DNA from: Eledone cirrhosa
Taxonomy: Eukaryota
Reading direction: 5' to 3'
NCBI GenBank assembly: GCA_964016885.1
Contig: OZ024741.1
Coordinates: forward strand, 216,132,001 to 216,196,000
DNA length: 64,000 nt
A model generated the notes under the pieces. The model saw only the letters and a list, made by a program, of their open reading frames with translations. It did not search any database and was not told where the DNA came from. The translations under genes were made by a program, and so were the position numbers. This document shows positions 13,763 to 29,279 of this stretch, in pieces (position 1 is the first letter of the stretch; each line of letters starts with the position of its first letter).

Positions 13763-14622
13763 GCTAAGGCAAATATTGCTCAAGTTATGCTGGAAGCATA
13801 AGGTGAAAAAATCGACTTGAAGAGGTACATTCTGCACCAAAATGACTTTTCTTCCTTTTCGTCTTTTGTAACTCCTGGTACTCGATTTGTTACTCCTGGC
13901 ACCGATTTCCTCGACAAAGACCCTTCAACATGGAAAGGTGACCCTGGTTACTAAAGTGGACTTGAAAAACTTGAGAAGACAGCTGTTGTGAATGATGTTG
14001 CAGAAAGAGGTGTCAAACGCATTTAGGATTACAATAACATTCTCACAAAAGATGAAACTGAGAAACAATTTGTTTTACAGATCATTACCGAAAACTGTAA
14101 AACATACCCAACTAAATCCTCTCTTATGCAAAAATAATGTTCAATATTCAGTGTTCAGTGTTCACATTATGTATAATTTCTATAGAAATTATTGTTGTAA
14201 ATAAAAATGCGTTTCTCTTATAGAATTGTATGTGCTTTATTAAGAAAACCTAATATTTCTTAAGTTTTTCATATTATTTCAGGAATTATTCAAATTAACT
14301 ATTGGTAAATTTGATTCAGAACGTTTTTAAACATTTGCTGGAGTTGCCTGGATGTGTCCACATAGATTTCTGTAAGAAGAAAAAAGTAAATGGTCGATAT
14401 AGGGAACAGTGTACCGCTTTTGAACAGAATTAATCGTTGCGTATACTATGTTCCAAATTCATGGCGTTTGAGGGTCGCTTAACAGTTGTCCGATAGAACT
14501 GAAATGTTGCACATCCCGATTTTATGATTGATTAAAACAGCATTGGGGGTTGGGAGCAGCAAAATTTTAAATTTCTGAAAATTACCCATTGCTAAGGGCC
14601 ACCCTAATATATATATATATAT

Positions 14623-15580
14623 ATACAAAATATTAAAACAATCAAATCTTAGTTTAATATATTTATTTGCTGACAATTGTTTTTTCCAGAGGGAAATCTG
14701 GAATCATCGGAACATAAAGAATGTTTAAACATGTGATTAAAATCCTAGTCTATACACATTTCAAAAAGATTACATCTGAAACTAAGAAAATTTCATGGTT
14801 AATACATTTGTGTTACACCAACATATACATCTATATACGAACTCCAATATAAAAATTCTTGAATGAAAATTACCTATCTAATACAATCATGTGCTTTGCA
14901 TTACATTTTATCACCACATGTCTCTCTACCATATAGTACGCCATTTTAAAAAATTAAAACATTTCTAACACTTGTAACATGCTTTTATATTCTATATGAA
15001 ATACGCTTGTTTCAGTTATAATATAACACATACCTCATACGTGCCTTTATTAATTGTATTGCCTCTTGTATTATATACCCTTAAAATTACCTGATTTCCA
15101 ATGCTATGATATCTTCCATCTATCCTATCTTACATCTTTTTTTATTTTTTTATTGTACCTTTTTTCTTGCTTGTAACTTTTGCACATGTATTACATTAAA
15201 CAATACCTTTATACATAATATGCTTATTTTTCACTTTTCACCATTGCCCCTTGTAATTGTGTTTTCTAAAACATAACATTATTTTTTAACTCCCGATTTT
15301 CTATATGATGTCTATGGCACTGTCAACAGTTATGTATCTACCTAAATGATCTGAAGAATATAATTACCTGTTTAAACATTGCCTATGCTCCAATGTTCTC
15401 AGACATCCCGCTGGAAGAAACAATTGTCAGCAAATAAATCTATTAAACTAAGATTTGATTGTTTTAATATTTTGTATCTCGGCTCTGTAATACACTTGAT
15501 AATTTGCATTGAGCCTTTTATCATACTGGTAACCGGCAAGTACTTAGTACTACCCTCCATATTTATAATTGTATATTAAA
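14623..15580 (+). mobile_element. Penelope-like remnant with inverted ~120-bp arms, tail and hammerhead-like motif at 15345-15432
   Basis: 14623-14740 is the approximate reverse complement of 15360-15477; CTGAAGA at 15351 and GAAACAATTGTC at 15417. Confidence 0.6.
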
Positions 15581-15627
15581 CATATATAATTATAAATATT
15601 ATTATTATTACTATATATATATATAAA

Positions 15628-15810
15628 GGGCGGTGGATTGGCAGTATCGGTTGAGGGTCGGACGCCATGCTTTGACGCATTGAGTTACGGCCCTTGCCAT
15701 TCTGAGTTCAAATGCCGCCGAGGTTAACTTTGCTTTTCATCCTTACGGGTCGATACAATAAAGTACCAGTAATACACTGGGGTAATAGCTTACCTTGTGC
15801 CAAAAGTAGA

Positions 15811-15816
<6 letters not shown>
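15628..15816 (+). mobile_element. tRNA-derived SINE family 1, near full length
   Basis: A-box tggcagtatcgg, B-box gagttcaaatgcc, core ctttgcttttcatccttacgggtcgata..aagtaccag, 3' tagaaacaat. Confidence 0.85.
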
Positions 15817-15862
<46 letters not shown>

Positions 15863-15870
15863 ATATATAT

Positions 15871-15914
<44 letters not shown>

Positions 15915-15928
15915 GTGTGTATGTATAT

Positions 15929-15974
<46 letters not shown>

Positions 15975-15975
15975 G

Positions 15976-16042
<67 letters not shown>

Positions 16043-16644
16043 TATGTGTGTGTGTACGACAAGCTTCTGCATAGTTTGCCTCGACTAAATTCCACCCGCA
16101 AAGCATTAGTCAACACAAAGCTACAGAAGAACTGGTACAGATGCAGACACATACAGACACATGCAGTAGTCACCACATGGTGGTGATAGTGTCCGAAACC
16201 ATGTTGTAGCGTCGAAGGAAATTCATAAGAACGCACAGTTCTGAAGAAATGTATTTGTAGTTTGACATAGTTTCAAGTTAGAAACAATTTGTGTGATCTT
16301 TATCGGAGTTTTACTGTGATGAAGCTGTCAAATAATGAACAGATAGAGATCTGATTAATATAGCTGATGTTAATAGTGGAGACAATGTCTGATAGATTGA
16401 TATGATACCGCCAGAAGACGTCGTTTCCGTATTGACTGACATATGATTCAATGAGATTTATTTGACATGGACAGGGGAGATAATTAATAAACATTAAAAG
16501 GACCGCCATGACAATCCGCTCAATGAATAGTAGAGCCAGCACTGTAACGCTTCCATTGTATCAAATGTTGTCACATCAACACCAGAGAATATTTCCTTCA
16601 TCTATTTGTAATGAGTTTCGAGTACGTGAACTTCTGAGAGCTCG

Positions 16645-17140
16645 TTTCATTTTCACAACGAAAGCGTGTGATCGCGTGGTTAGGCTGTTTGACTCTCCAT
16701 AATGATACGGTGGGTTCGATTCCTGGACCAGATGACGCGTTGAGTTCTTTAGTAAGAGGCTTCATTACATTTTCATTTCACAATGAAGCCGTGTGATCTA
16801 GTGGTTAGGCTGTTTGACTCTCCATAAAGGTATCCTGGGTTCGATTCCTGGACCAGATGACGCGTTGGGTTCTTAAGCAAGAGGCTACATTACATGTTCA
16901 TTTAACAATGAAGCCGTGTAATATAGTGGTTAGACACTCCATAAAGATATCGTGGGTTCCATTCCTGGACCAGATGACGCGTTGGGTTCTGGAGCAAAAT
17001 GCTTCATTATATGTTCATTTCACAAGGAAACCGTATGATCTAGTGGTTAGGCTGGTGAAGTCCCGATAATAATATCGTGGATTCGATTCCTGGACGGGAT
17101 GACACGTTGGGTTTTTAAACAAGAGGTTTCATTACACACT
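16645..17140 (+). repeat. Four tandem ~122-bp units derived from the SINE family 2 tRNA-like head
   Basis: Each unit has gtggttag, a g(g/a)ttc(g/c)attcctggac B-box and gatgac(g/a)cgttg. Confidence 0.8.
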
Positions 17141-17324
17141 CCTATGCATGATAGAACTATGGTCCAAATTAAGATATCAGAGGAACCTCTTTTGGATGCA
17201 AGATCATAGAAGGTCAGCTAAATCGACAATGGTGTAAACGGGGAATTTCAATTTTATATATTATATATCAACTTTTCATTGAATATGCACCCACAAAAGA
17301 AATACTTATAACAAATCGTACTTG

Positions 17325-17403
<79 letters not shown>

Positions 17404-17715
17404 TACATACATATATATATATAGTGGCTTCCAACTCGTTTTCGAGTACGGCCACTACTTTATATCCATGTAGGAGAACCCCTAGCGATGCGCTGAACAA
17501 GTGTGACTTTTTAGTCCAGCCAGCGACTTGAAAACTCTGATACAATCACTACACTTGTGACAATTATTGACACATAGTGCTGGGCCCATGGTACCATGTG
17601 ACGACAAGTACAGAGAGATCTCCAGATATAAAGCAATGCCTGTGCCGTGAAGCTTTTATAGTGAGCAAAGGCACTGCACAAAGCCAGTCCCACTCTCACA
17701 CATACACACATATAT

Positions 17716-17907
17716 ATAACGAAGGAGGTGTGGTAGGAAACCAGATGGACCATAGCGCACCAGATTACTCAATACTTAGGGTAGTAGAGTGGGTATTAGG
17801 AAAATGTATGACCCCGACGGCAGTGCTCAAGGCGTTTCGACGGCTATTTCTAGAAATAGCCGTCGAAACGGCTTGAGCTCTGCCGTCGGGGTTATACTTT
17901 TTCCTAT
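17716..17907 (-). mobile_element. Fold-back family A element
   Basis: Tail plus palindrome centred on gctatttctagaaatagc. Confidence 0.9.
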
Positions 17908-17940
17908 ACATATATATAAATATATGTATGTATATATATA

Positions 17941-18395
17941 TTTTCCCAATAACTTACCCGGTTATTGAACGCTCTGGCGGTAGATATATTGTCTTAAAAG
18001 CGATGAAATATCCGAACCCCCAATTGACAACTGACTCACCCTATCTCTGCCTGCCACCTCATTGTTTCTCTTGCCTGGCCTTCTAGCAGTCTTTTTCTCA
18101 CTTACACTCGCTTGGGTTAGTCGTGTCTTTTTTCGTTCGATCACACGCTCTTAAACTTAAGTTCTGTTACCGCTGTGGTCTTGGATTCTCTTGCCTTCAG
18201 ATGCTTACACATTCTTCGGTTTGTTGTTTTTATCGCTGTTTCCCTTTTCTTCCATTTTCCGCTTTTCCCTTCTATTTTCCTTCTCTCCCTCCTCCGTTTT
18301 CCCAATAACTTACCCGGTTATTGAACTCTCTGGAGGTAGATATATTGTCTTTAAAGCGTTGACATATCCGAGACCCCCAGTAGACAACTGATGAG
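17941..18395. repeat. ~95-bp direct repeat pair about 355 bp apart
   Basis: ttttcccaataacttacccggttattgaac..tagatatattgtctt..gacaactga at 17941 and 18297. Confidence 0.85.
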
Positions 18396-18438
18396 GAAAA
18401 CTCCCCCACCATTCTTGCTTTCTTCTTATTCTTATTCG

Positions 18439-18532
<94 letters not shown>

Positions 18533-18927
18533 TGAAATTGCTTCAAAGATTTATTTCAGGAAACACTATGTACATGTCAGTGGTCAGATTACGTAAGATC
18601 CTGGTGTCATCACCAGGTGTATATTGCATAATAGTTATATAATAAAGGAATAATGGTAAACGTAATCCAAGAGGTTATAAGGAGAGAGAGCAGGGAAAAA
18701 ATGTTTTGACTCGAAGACGATCAAGAGTGCGAGTTGTTGATAGTTTGGCTGATCACTTAATTTTCTATTTTTTTTTTTTAATTAACTCCGTTCCGCGGAT
18801 TTAACATCAAAGATGGATGGCTGCATAACGTCGAGTGCTTTTCAAAATATTACATCATGGTAACTATTCGGATTGACCAGTTCAATCCAGTGATGAACCA
18901 CCAAACTTAAATGTATATATATATTAT

Positions 18928-19180
18928 TTATGTAATAAACAACATAAGACAAGTATTCCATTTACCAAAGGTTTCACGAAGACAGACGAGCTCAACAGAG
19001 ACGTCTGAAATCCCTCAACAGAATGAAAATTAAATTTTCATTCTGTTGAGCTCGTCTGATTTCGTGAAAGCTTTGGTAAATGGAATACTTGTCTTATGTT
19101 GTTTATTACATAATTAAATAGCTCTGTAGCTTACATAGAGCACCCTCCTTTCCTTTACCCTTCCTAGAGAAATACTTCAT
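18928..19180 (+). mobile_element. Fold-back element (family C) with tail
   Basis: 18928-19000 pairs with 19043-19113; nested hairpin ctcaacagaatgaaaatt/aattttcattctgttgag; GAAAGCTT in the right arm. Confidence 0.75.
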
Positions 19181-19192
19181 ATATATATATAC

Positions 19193-19223
<31 letters not shown>

Positions 19224-19224
<1 letters not shown>

Positions 19225-19560
19225 CGCCAAAATCCCCCATCGCGCACTAATGACCATTGTTTTACACCTCGAATGTTTCCCTCCGTGGCGTAGTCCTGGC
19301 CAAGTTTTGTTTGTGGAAGACAAGCTGGTGCCCATGCATACCAGTCTCCCGTGTCGGCGCTACCGATGTTGTCCAAAAGAAAGGTAATGGCCGATACAGA
19401 CTGCCACCAGTGAGGTGGCAACACATTTGTACAGCTGATTCAACTGGAGCAGCGTGAAATAAAGTGTCTTGTTCAGGGACAAAACGCATCACCTGGTCCG
19501 AGAATCGAACCCACGACCTCTTAATTGCAAGTCGAACGCTCAAATACAAAGCCATGTGCC
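19224..19560 (-). mobile_element. tRNA-derived SINE family 2, near full length
   Basis: Minus-strand B-box gggttcgattctc; central region ctgaacaagacactttatttcacgctgctccag. Confidence 0.8.
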
Positions 19561-19675
19561 TATATTATGTATATATAGTATGTCAATTTTAATGATGTAA
19601 ATGTAAAGACATAGATGGATATATATATTTTTTTACCTTATATTAAGTTAAAAATGAGTTGCTATGTTATATAAT

Positions 19676-19863
19676 TGTTTCTACTTTTGGCACAAGGCCA
19701 GCAATTACACAGTACATTACTGGTACTTAATTTTATCGACCCCGTAAGGATGAAAGGCAAAGTGAACCTCGGCGGGATTTGAACTCAGAATAGCAAGGGC
19801 CGTAATTCTATGCGTCAAAGCATGGCGTCCGTCCCTCTACCGATACTGCCAATTCCCCGCCCT
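19676..19863 (-). mobile_element. tRNA-derived SINE family 1, full length with 17-bp TSD
   Basis: ttgctatgttatataat at 19659-19675 and 19864-19880; A and B boxes present. Confidence 0.92.
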
Positions 19864-20019
19864 TTGCTATGTTATATAATATATATATATATATGTAATG
19901 GAAATAGCTTTCTGAAGAGCCGATCTTTCCCTTGGAAGTCCTTTGGATAGGTGAATATTTATATTATATTTTAATTTATTTTAAAAGAATGTTTAACATT
20001 TACTTGTTTCGCTCATCTC

Positions 20020-20067
<48 letters not shown>

Positions 20068-20100
20068 AAGAACACAAGAGCGTCTACAACATCAAAAGGT

Positions 20101-20162
20101 TTTTATTGGCTAACAATGTTTCTTCCTTACGTGTAACCGTAGGATTCATCAGAGCTATAAAA
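20101..20162 (-). ncRNA. Minimal type I hammerhead ribozyme motif
   Basis: Minus: tagct CTGATGA a tcctacg gttaca cgtaagga a GAAAC att GTT agcca; core intact, GUU triplet. Confidence 0.7.
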
Positions 20163-21052
20163 GGGGTTTGATTGGTGTTATGGACTCTACCAACCAAACA
20201 CCCAAGAACAAAGAGTAAAGAGGGTAAAGAGCAAAAGTAGGGGACGATAAGTCTAATTTTGGTGCGGGAGGGTGGGGTGTTGGTCCTTGTTTACTAGCTG
20301 CGGTCATATTCATTCCCGGGGGGTCAGGTGGTTAGCTGAACCATAGATGGGGTGGCGTGGATAGTATGGTGCAGAGGGTGCGCAGAGGCTACACAAACAC
20401 AAAGGGCGTAGAATACATATATACATAGAGCGGAGGATGTACATGAGGTAATTAGAAATGGAAAAAGAGTAATAATAATAATCTATAATTAATAGTGTAT
20501 AATAAGGCATGGGGAAGATTACACTGTAATAAGGTATAAAGGTAAGAATAAGGTAAAATATAAAGGAGGATAAAAGTGGAAATAATAATAAAGATAAAAA
20601 ATATATAGAGAATATATAAGGAAATATAAGCGAATATTTGGAGGGGAAAACAATGTAAAAAAACCGATTTTTTTCAAACAATAATAAAAAATAATAAAAA
20701 TATAATAATTATGGGGGGAGAAAACAGGACAGAGAAATATGATCAAGTGTGATTCGTTGAGAGAATATAGGATGATAACAGTTGTGTCCAGTTTATACAT
20801 CTTAATAATAAATGATAAACAATATGTGTATCAGAGTTGCAGAACCTTCAATTCACTTACGGGTTCAAGCCACGTGGCATGGTCCATTGTTTATCTGTGC
20901 GGTCATATGCGTTTGTTTTTGACACCACAGCAGATACACAAGTTTGTAAATTCCAATGCAGATAGAAGTCAATTTTTGCTCATCCGGACATTGACCGAGG
21001 ATCCAATATTCCTAGTTCAAAATGTGTTTGGTGTTATTTTGTTCGCACAAAT

Positions 21053-21091
<39 letters not shown>

Positions 21092-21096
<5 letters not shown>

Positions 21097-21290
21097 AACG
21101 AGTAGGACCCCGACGGCTGAGCTCAAGCCGTTTCGACGGCTAATTCTGGACGTCTAGAATTAGCCGTCGAAACGGCTTGAGCTCAGCCGTCGGGGTCCTA
21201 CTCGTTCCTATTACCCACTCTACTACCCTAAGTATTGAGTACTTTGGTGCGTTATGGTCCACCTGGTTCCTTACCACTTTTCCTTCGTTA
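21092..21290 (+). mobile_element. Fold-back family A element
   Basis: Near-perfect ~60-bp-arm palindrome centred on tctggacgtctaga, plus ~75-bp tail; (TA)n on both sides. Confidence 0.92.
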
Positions 21291-21305
21291 TATATATATA
21301 TATAT

Positions 21306-21500
21306 ATATTTATTCAAATAACAGATTAAAGTTTAAGCAAAGAATCGCTGCTTTCACCCTTAACGTTAAGGGTGAAAGCAGCGATTCTTTGCTTAAAATT
21401 TAATCTGTTATTTTAATAAATATTTGCTCTAAGGTTTTTATATATTTGATATATATTTATCCTTATCGAACCCTCTTTGGATTTTAGTCTTCAAATTTAT
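21306..21500 (+). mobile_element. Fold-back family B element
   Basis: Palindrome 21306-21423 centred on cccttaac|gttaaggg; tail homologous to 11270-11340. Confidence 0.85.
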
Positions 21501-21535
21501 TATTATTATTATTTATTATTTATTATATATATATA

Positions 21536-21617
<82 letters not shown>

Positions 21618-21622
21618 TATAT

Positions 21623-22049
21623 ATGAATGTATGTATAGTATATTTGGCAATATACCGTATGTTTAGTTAAAAACATTTTAAAGACCTTGCACTATCATTT
21701 TTAAAGTAGTGACTATGTCACTTACTTCTTTTTTCAGCAAAGGAAGTGAGAGAAGCTGGCAGATTCTGCTTCACACTGTTGGTGATCCTCAGAGAAACGT
21801 ACTCCCTGCCTTGCCGAAAATTATAGAGGCTGGATTCTTATAGAATTCCAGTAATAATCAGGAAGAAGTGATATAATCACTACTTTAAAATGATAGCGCA
21901 AGGTCTTCAAAATGTTTTTAATTAAACATACGGTATATTGCCAAATATACTATACATACATTCATGTATACATCGCTATTTCAAAGCACTAATGCGAATA
22001 CTGTATATATATACTGTACCGATTGTGTTGTTATTTCTGTTTACCTTTT

Positions 22050-22055
<6 letters not shown>
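21623..22055 (+). mobile_element. Fold-back element (family D): ~105-bp inverted arms, ~135-bp spacer, tail
   Basis: 21623-21729 vs 21865-21965; tail tactgtaccgattgtg.tgttatttctgttta also occurs at about 61327-61366. Confidence 0.75.
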
Positions 22056-22093
<38 letters not shown>

Positions 22094-22102
22094 TATATAT
22101 AT

Positions 22103-22289
22103 ATAGGAAAAGAGTCAGGACCCCGACGGCTGAGCTCCGGCCGTATCGACAGGTAGATCTGAACTCAGATCTGAACTTCAGATATAGCTGTCGGGGTCCT
22201 GACTAATTTCCTATTACCCACCCTACTACCCTAAGTATCGAGTACTCTGGTGCGTTAAGGTCCACCAGGTTCCTTACCACACTTTCTTC

Positions 22290-22292
<3 letters not shown>
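22103..22292 (+). mobile_element. Fold-back family A element, diverged subfamily
   Basis: tcaggaccccgac/gtcggggtcctga arms plus the family A tail. Confidence 0.85.
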
Positions 22293-22347
<55 letters not shown>

Positions 22348-22405
22348 TTTGAATTAAATGCATAATTATTTAATTAATATGTATAATATATATATATATA
22401 TATAT

Positions 22406-22896
22406 GAACAAGTAAGACCCCGACGGCTAAGCTCAAGGCGTTTCGACGGCTAATTCTGTACTGAATGAAAATTTATTCTGGTATTTAAATAGCCGAACTT
22501 ATCAAGGGGTATTCCATATATGGTCAAAGAGATAATCACCAGGATTGGTCACATCACAAGTTAGTAGTAAATCTGTGATGGCAAGTTGGTGGGGGAGGGG
22601 GTAGCTAAACCTGCCGGTAGGAGAAAAAGAGAGAGGGGGTGGAGTAGACCCATTCATGCGTTGGTAGTGCCAGCTACAGCTGGGTGTGAGGTCAAAGAGG
22701 ATACTGGGGAGGGGGAGGGGGAGGAGGTCGAAACGGTAAGTAGAACAATGAAAGGTAAAACTATAAAAGGTACTGAGAGAGAAAAAAAAATAAGCAAAAT
22801 CTGGTTACTAAGACTTAAGTCTCTCGCTATAGCTAGGCTAAAGAAATACATAAATAAATAAAACAAATAAGTGAATAAAAGAATAGATAAATAAAT

Positions 22897-22945
<49 letters not shown>

Positions 22946-23773
22946 GTAGAATAAAAAAATAAATAATAATAATAGAAATAAACTAAGTGGGACGGAAATA
23001 AAGGGACCCTTATACGAGGTATAAGTGCGTGTATCGTACGGTGATGGGTCAACAAAGGGGGGGGGGGGGGGGGGGCAGAATACTAAAGAGACTTCCACGA
23101 AAATAATAAAGGTAGCTACCACAATCACAGGGCCAGCAACCACCCAGTGCAAGAAAGTAAACTAGTACGAGAATATAATTCAGGGTCCCGCAAAAAAAAT
23201 ACTCGTGCTAACTCTAAGGGTACCGCCACGAAACAAAAAGTCTTATACACGCTACATGAAAGATCGTACGAAGTAAAAGTAAAGAACGGAAAATTAATAC
23301 AGGAACCCCCCCAAAAAAAATTTTTTTTTTCTCTCTCAGTACCTTTTATAGTTTTACCTTTCATTGTTCTACTTACCGTTTCGACCTCCTCCCCCTCCCC
23401 CTCCCCAGTATCCTCTTTGACCTCACTGGCACTACCAACGCATGAATGGGTCTATTCCACCCCCTCTCCCTTTTTCTCCTACCGGCAGGTTTAGCTACCC
23501 CTTCCCCCACCAACTTGCCATCACAGATTTACTACTAACTTGTGATGTGACCAATCCTGGTGATTATCTCTTTGACCATATATGGAATACCCCTTGATAA
23601 GTTCGGCTATTTAAATACCAGAATAAATTTTCATTCAGTACAGAATTAGCCGTCGAAACGCCTTGAGCTTAGCCGTCGGGGTCTTACTTGTTCCTATTAC
23701 CCACTCTACTACCCTAAGTATTGAGTACTTTGGTGCGTTATGGTCCACCTGGTTCCTTACCACATTTCCTTCG

Positions 23774-23776
<3 letters not shown>
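22406..23776 (+). mobile_element. Long family A copy: ~380-bp inverted arms around a ~530-bp core, plus tail
   Basis: 22406-22790 is the reverse complement of about 23320-23693 apart from a 13-bp indel and a few substitutions. Confidence 0.9.
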
Positions 23777-23846
<70 letters not shown>

Positions 23847-24069
23847 TATATGATGGCTGCTCCCTCGTTATCGCGTATGGCCATTGCACGATATAGCATT
23901 ATTAATAATTATTAATTAATTCTATCGTGCAATGCCTGTGCTTGAAGATATTTTTTAAAGTGAGGACAGACTGTGCACTGAGCCAATCCCACTCTCTGAG
24001 CAACAGTAGCTATAACCCGAAAAGAAGAAAAGATCAATATCATCAGTAACTACTGAGCCGAAGGTTTTA

Positions 24070-24384
24070 TATCGGAGTTATCCTAGTTTCCTGAGTTGCC
24101 TTCTCCTAGAAGAATGCCCTGATACAGGCTAGGGGTCCTTCACTCACACTGGTCTAACCGTGCGGTACATGTGTATATACATATTTACACACTTTCGAAT
24201 GGGCGTTGACTCTTATGAGTTCTTCCGCCCTTTGTCAGGTTTTGTTTTTTGTCCTGCAGTGTGTCCAAAATCACCCTCCTCACAAAGTAAACTTGGCTGG
24301 GTTGCCGGTTTAGTCGCTGACGACCCGACCATGCGACAGATTCTACTGGGTTACATGTTACCAGTAGCACTCAAGAGTGACCCG

Positions 24385-24385
<1 letters not shown>
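24070..24385 (-). mobile_element. Dispersed repeat fragment, possibly the 5' region of an RTE-type LINE
   Basis: cgactaaaccggcaaccc..tgaggagggtgattt.ggaca shared with 62055-62175 (plus strand); family assignment is tentative. Confidence 0.45.
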
Positions 24386-24454
<69 letters not shown>

Positions 24455-25277
24455 ATATATATACACACACATATATAGATATATAGATATATAGATATAT
24501 TAATTTCAACAGTGTCAGTATTCCGTGTGTCGTAATTTCTCGATTATCATTGGTTCATAGGTTTCACACGACTCCGCCCACCTCAACTACGCCAAACTTA
24601 AATTAATATACATAATGCCAATGAGGGAGTGAGAGGGGAAAGTAAGAAACAGAGAGGCAAAATGAACGCTGTTGGATACACTATGTATATGTGTCAGTGT
24701 AGAGACATGTGTGTGTGTAATGTGTGTGGAAATAAGAGGGGAAGTAAAGCAATAACTATTAACATGTGTGCGTGTGTATGTACATGCGCGTATGTTTATG
24801 CGTGTGTGCGTGTGTGCAGCGTTCCACAAAAAGTAAAAACTATTAACATGTGTGAGTGTGTGTAAGTGCACGGGTGCGTGTGTAAGTTTGCGTGCGTCGC
24901 TTCTGATCGCGGTGGTAATAAAACCTCATCATATGCTGAGTCTGGCAAAAAGGTTGGATCCTATGGCCGGCCAAGGCTAGAGTAATATTGAAAAACGATT
25001 CTATTTTCGAAGTAGAAGGATCCGCCATTTGGAGTTCAAACCAGGCCACCTCCCCGAGTTGAACTCTGGGCAATATTGACTGTCTATTACTCATTGGCTA
25101 ATAGCCTGGAAATTACTGAATAAATGTTTGTGTCATATAATTTGTTGTTTTATTATTATAGCTGACCACTTATAGATAAGCATGTTGTCCATATCCATAT
25201 TAATTTGGCATTTGTATAAACCATTTCAAGTAAATAGGGACCTTTTTTACATTGACGGACATCTTTTATATTAATTA

Positions 25278-25635
25278 TCTATATCTATATCTACATATAA
25301 TATAAAAGATTGGAACTTCCATCATCCTTTTAAGAAACGTGGAACAACCACATCTATGCAATGATACACGTTTTACAGTCAGTCAGAAGATGAACCATCT
25401 CCTAGAGGTCACTATTCTAGGTGGGAGCACCTAGAATTGTTCATATACCATGCACAAACTGTATAACGTAGAATCTGGTATATCTGCAAACATTTTTTTA
25501 CTGTTTTTTGTATCACACAGACACCACAGACTCGCCTCATACTGTAACCAGACAAACATCCAATACAGTCATTTTCTCTTTTACCTGTCTTCTCTTATCA
25601 TCTGTTTACCCGGGCGAAGCTGGGTACATCAGCTA

Positions 25636-25636
<1 letters not shown>
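25278..25636 (+). mobile_element. Non-autonomous Helitron (second family)
   Basis: 5' A|TCTATATCTA...; 3' hairpin cccgggcgaagctggg then tacatcagCTAG|T. Confidence 0.75.
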
Positions 25637-29165
<3,529 letters not shown>

Positions 29166-29279
29166 GAACAATGAAGAAGAATTACATTATTTAAAGTTTT
29201 AAATCTTTAGTCAGATGACTCACCTCTCACACTTTAAAATAAACCATTGGTTTCTTGGCAAATTTCTATACAAGAAAGG

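Noticed and set aside
15628-15720. Functional tRNA gene
   Set aside because: A/B boxes are present but there is no cloverleaf; it is a SINE head.
16230-16300. CTGAAGA...GAAAC as a hammerhead
   Set aside because: No convincing stem II and a non-cleavable GTG triplet.
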